This document shows, in pieces, positions 11,690 to 24,012 of a stretch of DNA of 64,000 bases. This stretch comes from Vicugna vicugna (Eukaryota): positions 248,001 to 312,000 of the forward strand of contig MU058528.1 in the NCBI GenBank assembly GCA_013265495.1. The letters are read 5' to 3'. Positions within the stretch are counted from its first letter, which is position 1, and each line of letters starts with the position of its first letter. A program made the position numbers and the translations under genes. Below the pieces are notes generated by a model. The model worked only from the letters and a program-made list of their open reading frames with translations. It made no database searches and was not told the origin of the DNA.

Positions 11690-14190
11690 CAAGCTAATTT
11701 TAAAGGAGACTGCAACTGCTAAGTTTAGCATTAGAAAAACATACAAAACAGTATAGAGCCAATTATTTAAGAAAATTATTCTACATTCAGAGAGGAGGAA
11801 ATTTCAAAGAAGCCAGTAATGATGTTCATCAATGTTCAGCAATTTCTTAAATTCAACTCCCAGATTTTGGTGTTTAGACACTTTAAAAAATAAAATACTT
11901 CAGAATAAACTGTCTATTATCATTAAACTTCTAGGAAGAAAACATGAGGGAGATAATATGTCAAAGACTGAGACATTAAAGTTTTCACTCGATTAATTCT
12001 GCAAGGCTTTTTTTTTCAGAGACATTATGGAAATCCATAAAACCTGTCCCCCCGCTAGCTACTGTGCCGGGATGGGGGCTGGCACCAACTGACTGATGTG
12101 ATGTGGAAACTGAATTACGTGCCCTACAGAACCAACTTTCTGTAAGCAAAAGGAACAATTTTAAACGTGTTCCACTTTATGTCAAAGTGGCACTGGCCCA
12201 CCATCTGTGGGGCATGTGTTCTGAAATTCTGCTGACAGTGGGAATAAATTTACAGTTCAGCCACATCTCTTGCCAAGACCCTACTAAATGACCAACAATT
12301 TGGCCAGGGTCTGGGGCTGCTGGCTGCAGACATCGATCACAGAATAACTAACTGCCTTACTTGAGTATGAACCTTTCACCCAGCCAGTACTATAACCAAT
12401 CAGAATCTTTATAAATATAGAACTTATTTTGAATAATGGAGTCTTTGGGGAAAACCCTCAGCTCCAGCTATGCAGGTATACCCAGCCTGTGCCAGGCAGA
12501 GGCTTTCTGGCGTAACTTCTGAGAGTGGAAACATACAGCAGGGTGGACCTCAATGCTAAAGTATTTTCAAGTCTCTGGAGCTATTTTGGGCATTAATAAT
12601 GCCTGTCAGCCCATCAACAACACAAATGCTTTTGGAAGAGTTTGACAACATTTTAAAAACAAATTCCTGAAAGGAAAAGCATGTGAGGGTAATTGATAAT
12701 GAAATATGTAGAGCATACAGATATATGAGAACAAACATAAACGATATATGTGTGTACTAAATATTCAGCTGAAATAACAGCTAGGTATGGAAATTATTTA
12801 ACTTTCCACAACTCTATGCCAGAAGTACTTCTTAGGATTTGATTTATTAACCGTTCTTAGACAATGCAGAAAACAAATAAGAAAAACAGAGTTTCGAAAT
12901 CATTCCAGATAAGATCCAGGTAGAATATTTATTTAAAGTAAACCCTAAGTTATAATAAAAATGAATTTAAAAAATGAACTCATGGTCCTAATATGTAAAC
13001 CTGCTGCTCTCAGATTAGCTTCTGTTCCGTGGAGGTTGTACAAAATGTCCTCTGTCCAGCTGTTGAGGTTCTGTGTGCTACAGTGTGTGACCTGCAGAAG
13101 GATAAGAAATTCTCTGCTCACTCCGTTCACACAGGTCTGACTCCTGGAGGATTATGCATATGTCCATGGAGGGAGGCCCAAGGTTTCAAAAGTGTAGTCA
13201 TTGAAAAACTGTTTTTGTTTTTGAAAACATATTTATTACTTTTCTTCTCTGGGGAAACTTCCAAGTAGTTTGAATAAGTATTCAGCATTTATATTTTTTC
13301 CCCTGGGCATGAGAACGATAAATCTCAAAAACAATTACCACAGGCATTATATTTAGGAGGAAGACAAGTTGTCTTTGTGACTTGTGTTAATTTTGCTCAG
13401 ATACTATTGAGGGATTTCAGTTTTTAATTGGTTTCTTCATGACGTGAACAATTTGATTTGTTACCTATTTGATTTCCTTTAGAGAGTTAGTCTATTAACT
13501 GCAGGGGTTAATTTTATTATAGTTAGATTCTTTAGACTCTAGGTAAAATATAATTTGTTTTCTTGACCTTAGAATAAGATATACTTTCACAAGGTATAAA
13601 TGAAATAACTCTATTACAAGAGTATTTTTTGTCAAAAAAATTTTTATTAAAATATATATTTATATTTTTCTTAAAATTTTCTCCCATCTGATGATGGGCT
13701 GTATTTGTTTGATGCTCTCTGTATAATCAATTAATAATCCCTTCACTTAAAAATGTATTGTAAAACAGTAAAAAAAATCAGGCAATGGCATCAAGTTAAA
13801 AATACTCTATCCTACCACCAGTTGCCACTGTTGAAATAGAAACTCTTTTAGTTGTTTGTAGATTTAGCTTTATGGTGATTATCGCCATAATTTTAAAGTA
13901 AAAATGTATACGTATATCTTGAAATTTATATATTTGAATCAATATTTATAGATTCCTGCTAGAAGAGATGCAGCATTTTGCTTGCTTACACTGAGAGCCC
14001 TCCCTGCATTTTATCATTTTATTTGTAACTATTTTCAGTTCCTTAATTATTTTAAAATCTTGTATTAATTATTTTTAAACATTAAATAATATACATAAAA
14101 CTCATCTTTCTGCATCTGTATTCTTGACTCCAAATAGTGTACTAATATGAGATTTTCAGTGCTGTAATTGACTTTAATTTTCCCTCCCCC

Positions 14191-15626
14191 TTCTTTTTTT
14201 AATTGAAGCATAGTTGATTTACAATATTATATTAGTTTCGGTGTAAAACATAATAAATCAATATTTTTATAGATTGTATTCCACTTCAAGTTATTACAAA
14301 ATAACGACTGCATTTCCCTGTTCTGTACAATATATACTTGTACCTTACTTATTTTATACACAGCAGTTTGTTTCTCTTAATCCCATATCTTGGTTTTGCC
14401 TTCACCCTTCCTTCTCTCCACTGGTAACCACTAGTTTTTTTTTCCTATATCTGTGAGTCTCTGTCTGTTTTGTTACAGTCATTTCTTTGTTTGTTTTTTT
14501 AGATTCCATATATAAGTGATGACATACAGTATTTTTTTTTTGTTTGTTTGTTTTCTCTCTAACTTATTTCACTTAGCAAATACCCTTTAGGTCCATTCAT
14601 ATTGTTGCAAATGGCAGAATTTCATTCTTTTTTATGGCTGAATAACTTTCCATTTAGTAACTTTCCACATCTTCTTTATCTGTTCATCTGTTGACGGATA
14701 CTTGGGTTGCTTCCAAATCTTGGCTATTGTAAATAATGCTATGAACACTACGGTGCATGGATCTTTTTGAATTAAGTGTTTTCATTTTCTTCAGGTATAT
14801 AACCAACAGTGGAATTGCTGGATTATATGGTAGTTCTATTTTTAGTTTTCTGAAGAACTTCCATTCTGTTTTCCATGGTGGCTGCATCAATTTACAATCC
14901 TACAAACAGTATGTGAGGGTTCCCTTTTCTCCACATCCTTGCCAATATTTGTTATGTCTTGTCTTTTTGATAAGAGTCATTCTAACAGGTGTGAGGTGAT
15001 ATCTCATCATGATTTTGATTTGCGTTTCTCTGATGACTAATGGTGTTGAGCATTTTTTCATGTGCCTATTGGTCACCTATATAATCTTTAAAAAAAATTC
15101 TATTCAGGTCTTCTGCCCATTTTTCAATTGGGTTGTTTGCTTTTTTGAGATTGAGTTGTATGAGCTCTTTATATATTTTGGTCATATATTGGTCATAATA
15201 ATTTCTCCCATTCAGAAGGTTGTCTTTTTGTTTTATCGATGGTTCGCTTTGCTGTGCAAAAGCTTTCCAAATTCAATTTTACTATTAGTGAATAGTTTGT
15301 TCAGATTCTTGATTCAGTCTTGGAAGTTTATATGTTTCTAGAAATGTGTCCATTTCTTCTAGGTTGTTCAGTTTTTGGTATATAACTGTTTACAATATCC
15401 TCTGTGATTTTCTTTTTTTTTGTATCTCTGTGATATTGATTGTTTCTCCTCTTTCATTTCTTATTTTGTTTGCGTCCTCTCTCTTTTGTTTCAATGAGCC
15501 TTGCTAAAGGCTTATCAATATTTTTATCTTTTCAGAAAACCAGCTCTTACTTATATTGATCCTTCTTTTTTCTTTTTTAGTCTCTAATTTGTATCCTCTT
15601 TGATCTTTATTATTGACTTCCTTCTG
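14191..15626 (-). mobile_element. L1 fragment: 3' UTR and ORF2 C-terminus joined at ~15266 to a mid-ORF2 segment
   Basis: ORF-track peptide QPPWKTEWKFFRKLKIELPYNPAIPLL; 15270-15626 matches the ORF2 region between the endonuclease and RT domains ('gaaatgtgtccatttcttctaggttg', 'tttatcttttcagaaaaccagctctt'). Confidence 0.88.
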
Positions 15627-16047
15627 AAAGGGAAGATCAATGTATGTCCAAGTCAGTTAGGAACTTTTACTTAGGCACAAGAAACTTATGTCATAGTGGC
15701 CACAAGATTGTATAATAGGAGACAGATGAATGTAACTCTATGTTTACTGCTGGGAAACCAAAGCTTTGTATAGAATCTTGAATTTACGAGGAGGGAAGGT
15801 GGGAGAGCATGCACCTGTCTGTTCTTTTCCTCCCCTTAGCCTCACTCCTGAACTACAGGAGACTGAGCTCCTGTGGGCTTTGGCGACCTCATCTGGGGAG
15901 TGTTCATCTGATGGTTGATTTTGCTGTGGTACTTCCTTTCCCATTTACTATAATTTTCTAGCACACATACTGACCCGTTTCCCTTCCTCTCTCTTTTCCC
16001 TGGGAAAATGCAATGAATAAAGACTTTGGCACTGGAAAGAAAGGGGG

Positions 16048-16125
16048 GCCTTGCTTATTCTTTTCTTCTATTCATTTAAATGGTAATTAGGTTGTTTATT
16101 TGAGATTTATCTTGTTGCTTGAGCC
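16048..16125 (-). mobile_element. Short L1 ORF2 fragment, apparent continuation of the 14191-15626 element
   Basis: 'ttaggttgtttatttgagatttatcttg' is the L1 sequence expected just beyond 'tgatctttattatt...cttccttctg'. Confidence 0.55.
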
Positions 16126-16334
16126 TTATCTTTTAACTTTTACTAAGTTATTTTCTATGATTAAGGTTTAGAGCATTTTTTTCCTGTTATACTCAGTATG
16201 TTTTATCTATAAATGGATTTTATAAATTGATAGTAAATAATAAATGATTTTAATTAATTTTGATATTATCATTTACTTATAATATTAGGCACTGAGGGTT
16301 CAAGTAGTGACTTGATACTAAAAAGAAAATGTAA

Positions 16335-17065
16335 GATATTCTGCTCTTAGCCGTCATAGAATGAATTGTTTGGATCAACTCTCCCACTTAGAACATCTAG
16401 AAAAGGTGGACAAAAATGTTTTTGAGGAATGAAGACGATAAGAAGGTGGTAAGGAATTGTGGGACCTGATATCCAGGAGAGGAGAGAACCATAGAAATGT
16501 GAGCCCAGAATTTGAGGCTGTTTTTATCCAGAGAAAACTGTTTATTCTGAAAGTGATGGCTGAGAAAATAAAAAGTTGAACAAGTCTTACAACAGGTTTC
16601 TTAGGCTGAAGGGGAGAAAACGGGAATCAGAACATGATGACAATACATATTGAAGGAAAAATAAAACCTAAACAAACTTTTTGTTGGGTTCCAAATAGCT
16701 TCCCTCTAGAAGTTAAAGTAATCCATCAAAATACCATCTCTCAAGGGATTTAGGTCCAATTTCAAATAATCTTATAATACCTAATTTGATTAAAGTAATC
16801 TAAAATTTTTACTTTCCCTAGTCTAGCTTCTTGCCAAAAATAAAAATAAATCCTCTGGGGTAGACTTGACATAATTCAGAGCCTAAAATTATCTCTACAA
16901 ATTTTCAAATACAATGTCTGACATTCCATAAAAAGTAGACAAATTAAAAGAAAAAAAAAACAGGAATAATCCAAACCAAAGAAAAACCATACAAATTGAA
17001 CATGACCCACAAGGAACTCAAATAATTCTAACATAGAAGGAATTAAAAAGAAAAAGACAAAACAC
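16335..17065 (+). mobile_element. Ancient L1 (L1M/L1ME-type) 5' region
   Basis: 'ggatcaactctcccacttagaacatctagaaaaggtggacaaaaat' and 'aaattttcaaatacaatgtctgacattcc' are typical of old L1 5' ends. Confidence 0.5.
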
Positions 17066-17124
17066 AACCATTATAGTACTATTTTACTCACTAGTATTAA
17101 TAATAATCCTTTAATAAAAGATAA

Positions 17125-17385
17125 TACCTTATGCATATTCAGTTTTTCCTGGTGACCTGAAAAATTAATTTTTAGAGTTGGTTTGTTGAAATCAGGTTTC
17201 AAACAAGATCCGCACATTGTATTTGGTTAATATATTTTAACTTTCTTTTAATCTATAATAGTTAATCCCTTCTTTATGTTATTTTTGCTGTTGTTAAATA
17301 AACTAGTTTCTTTCTGTAACAGAATTTCTCAGACCTGGGATTTGATTGATTATATCTTCATGGTGTTGTTTAACACATTCTTCTA
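17125..17385 (-). mobile_element. Ancient L1ME 3' fragment
   Basis: 'atcaggtttcaaacaagatccgcacattgtatttggttaatat' motif. Confidence 0.55.
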
Positions 17386-19004
17386 AAATAGCTCTTTCAT
17401 TAGGCATAAAATAAATTCTAAATTATAAAGACCATTGTGCTATAATTTAATTAATGGTATTCTATTTCTTTCTTGGTGCTATATAAAAAATGGTGTACCT
17501 TACAATGACTCTTGGACCTAAAATAGAATAAAATAGAATAAAAGTCAATTTCTCTGTATCTCAGGTTCCTCTCTGTATGCATAGAGCATTAGATAATAAT
17601 TTCGGAGGCTCTTTCTCATTCTAAAAGTCAATGAATTTGCATGCATTTTGAAAAGACCCTATAAACACTAAGCTAGTGGAAAGAGATCTAAGTAACATCT
17701 TTTCCCACCTTGAAATAAACATAATTTCTTTGCATGTCCTTAAAACAAATCCAATGTCACAATGTTAAGGAATAACAGATTTTATTAACGATGTTGTGGG
17801 CGATGGAGAGTGTAGTTTCAAAGACCATAAAGTAAGCTTTAAAAAAAAAAACCATTAGAAGTTCTCTACTGCTCTCCAACTTCTTTTTCTGCCTTTGGCT
17901 GCTTTCTCTATGAAAGCTCATCTTGCAAGTTCTCTGGTTCATTTTATCCTTTTCCACTGAAGTTTTCTCTGATAGTTTTGTATCTTTACATTTTTTCTTA
18001 GGCAGATAAATTTGCCTCCCTGTGTTGTCTCTGTATCTTCATATCCACCACATTGATCATCAAACAACCTACTCATCTTAGAAGCAAGTTGTGAGGGAAG
18101 TGGGGAAGTGAGAGATTTTCTTCATAATAACAAATAACATTTGATTCATACACTTATACTAAATTCATGTTCTTATGAAACACCTACCACACATGTGCCA
18201 GGAATTAGGCTAAATGAGAGTAGTGACTAACAACACTTGCTTCCTTTTCCTTGTGAATTTATGGTCAAATTATTTACAGGCATTAGTAAGATGTCAAGGT
18301 TAAGTACAGAATGAAAGTCAGTGTGAGAGATTAAGAAAAAAAAGATAACGACTATTTACACTTTAATTCACTTTTGCAAATCCATTGAATATTTGCATAT
18401 TCCCTCAGGGTTTCTGGGTGACAGGGAGCTGTAGTGAAGCCAGGACTCTCCTGCCAGGATTCCATCAGGAATTACACGCTGGCTCTGTGTCTCAGTCTGC
18501 ACTCAGAGCCTGGATGAGAAAACTTTGCCACAGGAAATGAGATAATGCATCCACAAACTCTTCTCAGGAAAAAACGTTACCCTAAGATGTATATTTATGC
18601 CCTAGACATTTTAACAGATACATAGCAGTTACCCTTGCTTTTTCTTCTTTAATGTTACTGATTCACAATCATAATTAAGCCTGCTAAATATACCTCTATA
18701 TGAAACAGAAGAACATTTTCCAGTTTTCTAGGTAAATCATTCCAAAATGGCATATTTTTCTATAAAAAGACAGTAAGTTGGCATAGAGTGAGAGGGAGGG
18801 TGCCATAGCTTTAGAAGACCTAGATGGATTTTGGTCTTGATTTTGCCATTTAAAAGCAGGACCTTGAGCAAGTCTGTTAGCCTCAGCTTACTATTAAATG
18901 GAAAGAAGGAACCTAGTCCACAGGAATTTTGAGAAGATTGAACTAGATAATACAACTGAAAGGACTACTGAAATGAGAAAGCGCATACAGCGAGCGGGTC
19001 TGTT

Positions 19005-19360
19005 GGTCTGCCGGAAGTGGACTAGTACTTTGAACTTTACCGGCCCCTTCTTCAGGTTAACGTGCAAAAAAAACAAACACAAAACACTTAAAATGTAAAG
19101 AGGTAGTGATGTCACTGGCTGAGTTGAGTCAGAAGTTTCAATTCAGACCGGTCAACTTGTGTGTACATGGGAGAATTTCCATTCGAATGGGAACATTTCA
19201 CTGGCCCAGCAACAGCTTTAGACCTAGTTTCCTGTTTACCTTGAAATGGAGGCTGTGGTTTGTCCTTAATGATTGGAGGAAGTTCCAGTTCTTGCAGGAA
19301 TGATCTCATTTAAACATAAAGCAGGATATGAGAAAGAACAATTAACTTGTGGTTCTGATT
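19005..19360. promoter_or_regulatory. Candidate enhancer: clustered ETS, FOX:ETS, AP-1, RUNX and kB-like motifs
   Basis: CCGGAAGTG 19011-19019; TGAGTCA 19125-19131; GGAAATTCTCCC (minus) 19169-19180; GTAAACAGGAAA (minus) 19228-19239; TGTGGTTT 19254-19261; GAGGAAGT 19276-19283; TGTGGTT 19348-19354; several CpGs retained near 18980-19075. Confidence 0.45.
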
Positions 19361-19419
19361 GATGTTTATGTGTTAGACACAGCTGGGGAGGTCTACGCAT
19401 GTAGCAATTAACAATTTCT

Positions 19420-19600
19420 TGCATTCATTTATTTTTTCCTTTCGTGAGTATTTGTTGAATACCTATTACGTTCCAGGCATTGTTACAGGGATTAGTCACG
19501 ACAACGGTGAAGAACACATAGTCCTTGCTTTCAAGGAGCTGATAACCTGGTTTAGAAACTAGACGAGGAAATCAGTGAGTACAGTGTAAAGAGAGAATGT
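19420..19600 (-). mobile_element. L2 LINE 3' end
   Basis: 'cattcatttatt...gtatttgttgaatacctattacgttccaggcattg...gtccttgctttcaaggagctga'. Confidence 0.7.
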
Positions 19601-22600
19601 TTTTCCCAGGAGTTAGTGTGATCTGTTTGATATTAGATGTTTCTCAGCTACTGCCTCTGGAGTCATTTTTAATACCGCACCATAAGAATTACAGTGTTCA
19701 CAAAAGTATGTAACAGAGTCTACAGAAACTCAGATTCATTTATTGGCTTCCTACCCCCGTAACTCCCAGCAAGTACTTACTGAGTTCTTGTGTGACAAAC
19801 GGTATCTTCCCATTGCAGATCCTTTACAATGTCCTTTCTCCTGTCCCGTATTTACTGCTAGTGCAGACCAAACCTAGTCCCCAGAAATACAGACATAGTT
19901 TAAATAGTTGAGATTAGTTTAAAAAGTTAGACAAGAAGGGTGGAACATTGCATCCTCACAGCCAATATTTCGTCGAGCAAATTGGAAGGAAGCCAAAACT
20001 TTCACAGGAAACAACTGATAATGATTTAACATTTAAAAATTGTAATTTGAAAAGGTGCAAGGGGAAGATGATTGCTTAGGAATGAAAGCTCTGAAGCAAC
20101 TATATCAGTGTTGACAGTAGAGGACAAGAGGGACACAGAGAGATTTCTGATAAGGCCGGTGTCTTTGTCTTGGTTGCTCTAAGTCAGAGTTATCACCAGT
20201 TTTCTAGTGAGGAAGAATCTGAGATTCATATCAGAACTTACTGATTATACCATATAGGTCATTGTTTTGTGGGTACTGTTTTCAAAGGGGAATGTGAAAA
20301 ATGTAACACTTGTTCTTGCAAACCAATGTAATCTCACTTCCTTATTCTGCGTGAATGTAGGAAACTTAATCTAGTCAATTCCAGATGCGCTCAGACATCT
20401 CCCAGTGTTTTACTTATTTTTAGAAAGTCATCTAAGATCTGGGGGCTCCCAGAATGTGCTGGCTTTGGGGCAACTACACGACCCAGGCTGACATCTGTAG
20501 AGATGCCTGTGTTTGCCTCAATCTGAGTTCTGCTCATTCTGGCTACGTGGCCTCTCCTGATCATTTCTCAGCGAATTTCCAGGCTCTCTTGCTGTGTTCC
20601 TTTGCCACTTGCATATGGGAGGGCATAAGACCGCCTGGGCTGTGATCCCACATGGTCTGGGCTCCCCTACAGAAGTTCATCCCCACCTACACCGTGGAGG
20701 CAGAAGGAGGTGTAGCCGGGATGCCACCCATGGGTTCCAGACAGGCAGACAGCACACGCCCCTGACAATGGGACCCCTCAGAACGTGTCCTTCCCTGAAG
20801 GTCTGCCTGAAGAGAGGTGGACACGGTCATCTTCTCTACCTTACAGTCTACGGCTCTTCAGCTGGTTTTGGGGTGGGAGACATTGATAAAAACTTCTGTG
20901 CCTGATGACATCTTCTTTCGAATATTACTGTCATCCATCTGGACTGCTTTCGAACTTAAAATTCTGAGAATTTTATGTCTTGTTTGTGCTCTAATTCTGC
21001 TCTCCTTGGGGGTGATGCAGTACTTGTATCAAGTTTTGTCATGAGGTTTGGAAAAACACATTATCTTCCCTCTCCATTAAATATAAATATATATCATGCA
21101 CTGAAGAGGGCTCTCATAAAATGTGCATATGGTCATTCTTGAGAATTTTACTGTTACCTTCATAAAGTTAGGTTTAATGGAGCCTCCAGGCATTTTTACA
21201 GGCAAATCCGCTCAAGAGGTTTCTTTAAAGTTCATGGCGGGTAAAACTGATAAGCACTATCATTGGAGAACTCTAATAGTTTCTCTCTGTCGGGGGTAGT
21301 AACAGTGAGTTATGTAAAGAGAGCAGAGAATCGTAGAAGAGGGATTATGTTAACACTTTAACTGAGGAACACAGGAAATAGTGATGGGTCAAGTTTATCT
21401 TTCTCCCTGTTCCCCTTTGGAGATGGAGCTAATAGAAATTTGTAACTGAAAGATCTAAAATGACCGCTTTATGGGAAATTCCTTAAGGAAAAGAAAAGCC
21501 TGTGTGTTACAGCATCTCATTAATTCTACTGTCAAAGAGCACGCGATAGGCCCTTCAATTTTGTTGTGTGAATATTGCTTTCGACCACTAGAGTAACTCG
21601 TTGTCTATACATTTTGTCAGACAATTTGATATTTTCCAAGCACATTCCTCAGGACATAGTCCCAAGTGAAACCAAATGACAAAAACAAAAATGAAACAAA
21701 ACAACAACCAAAGAGTTTCTTGGCAAGTAAGTTTGAAAAGTAGCTGCGTACCACATGCGTATTTGGAGAATAGTTTGAATAACATTGTATGAACATTCCA
21801 TTTTCTTTCTTTCTGTATCCCTTCTCCTGATATGCTTTCTTCCTTTTCTCATTTGTTAAACATTAGAATTTAATATGTTCTATCAGCTACTGCTGATTAT
21901 CATGATAGTCAGCGTTCATTAAACCCTAAAACTAGACATTGGGGTGATAGAAAGACTTCATTTATCTTCAGGTGTTTCAATTACACTGCATGACCTTTTG
22001 AAGGGCAGTTTTCATATGAGACGGTCCTCAAGGTTGAAAAACACACGTTGGAAATCCACTCAAAATCTCAGGAGGAGTTTCCAATGCATAATACAAATGC
22101 TGATAATTAAGCAGTTTGAATTTTCTCATCTACCTTTCCATTAATTTAAAATCTATCTTAAAATTAGCCTTCCCTATTTTCTTCACGTCTGTGCTTTACT
22201 GTGTGAAGTTACTCTTACCTAGCCATCTGTAAACATGTCATTTTTTCTTTGGGGATGCTAAATTAAAAGGAAGGAAGTTGCTATAATTGTTAAAAATACT
22301 ACACTGAACGGTAAATATGAATCATCACTTAGATTCCAATTTATTTGTTTACTCTATTTCTAAAACAATTTGAAGGTGTTTCTTATTTTATGTAAAACAT
22401 TTTCTTGTGAAGATCATAACGAATACAGTGAGCACAGCTGTAATTACTATTCCAGCCTTGAAAGCCACTGTGATGAAGTCATGGAATTATGATCTCTTCT
22501 AAGCTTATAATTGTGTGTGAACATATGTTCAAGTTTATATTACTGCAGTGGGATCCTCAGAAAGAATCACATTCTGGAAACATTTAAGACAAATTAAGTC

Positions 22601-23794
22601 TTTCTGATTTGTTAATAAAGTAAACAATCGTGATTTAAAAGGAATAAGTCATATGTTAGGAACCAAAATGTCAAATTTTTTGTATGGGGTCACAACTCAG
22701 TGTTTTTCCCTCTTCAAAAATAGGAAAAAGAAAAAACAGCTATGCAGTTGTTTTTATTGTTGAATGTAAATGATGCACATTCCAAAGGTTTCTTTGGGCC
22801 AAATCAGCATCATTTCATGTTTTTTCTTCTTGGAGTTTACTTGGGTTCTGAGCTATTCTCTTAGAGTAGGTAAGACGTGTTCTGTAGAATAATTGGGACA
22901 TCAGTCACTGGTCAACCCCGGGCCACGGGGAGGAAGGAACATGTCAGGGCTATTGGGTACCCAACACTCACTTCACAAGAGGCTGTGCCCGGTGAGAAAA
23001 GAGCCTGGCCATCCAAGTGACTGTGCTCAGAGATTCTGAAAAGAGACTCTTCCTGACAGTGATGCCTTTATACAGCCCATGTTTGATGGTGCAAAGTGGC
23101 AAGACAGAAATGAGAACTGTGAATTCAGCTACCTGCTCAGGGAGCCAAACTTATAAAGAAAATAGTTCATTTGACCTTTCTGACTGCTTCACCTTGCCTG
23201 AGAAGCCAAAAGGGACTGGACTTTTTCTTCTACCTTTTTTTTTTCCTCTTTTGCAACTTGGCCTGCATTCTGAATTGGCAGCTGAAAGTCTCTTTTGGTG
23301 TTAGATTTATTCAGGGAAAAATATATCCAAGGACCTGTAATTCTGAACTTTCAAGGAAAAGTCCTAAATGCAGAAAGCAATGCAAACATGAAAGCATATA
23401 CATCATAATTTACTTAAATTGCTAATGAGTTTTAAAACACTGAAAAATTCATTTACTAAAATAACTTGCATTTTATGTGTTTATTGTAGGAAACTTGAAA
23501 ACTGTCAGAAAAAAACCCATAAAACAGTAAAACAGAATCAGTCAAAATTCGATTTCACAAAGAAATGCCTTGTTAACCTTTAAGTGTTTTTCCTAAATTA
23601 ATATGATAATAGGCACAAAATATAGATGTAATCTTCATGCACTTGAAAGTTTTGTCTGTGGCTATGATAATCTTGGCAGTTACTATCAGGAAGAGGCAGC
23701 ACAAACTGAAAAGTGGCTGAGTGTCTATTATAACAAAGAGCAAATGACATGGAGAACTGTATTGTCTCTGGGTAGATCTTTAACATTTAAAACT

Positions 23795-24012
23795 CCTTCC
23801 AACAACCATGTGAATAAGTTGTGAAGCGGATTCCCCCCCAGCCCCACTCAAGCCTTTGGATGAGATCTCAGCCTTAGCTAACAGACCCTGAGTCCAAGGC
23901 ATCCAGCTCAGTCGTACCTGAATTTCAAACCTACAGAAATAGTGACACAATATTTGCTATTTTAAACCTCCAAGCTTTGAGTAATTTGTTATGGAGCAAT
24001 AGATAACTGAGA
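23795..24012 (+). mobile_element. MaLR LTR (MLT1-like) 3' half
   Basis: 'ccaacaaccatgtgaataagttgtgaagcggattcc...tttgctattttaaacctccaagctttgagtaatttgttatggagcaatagataactgagaca'. Confidence 0.75.
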
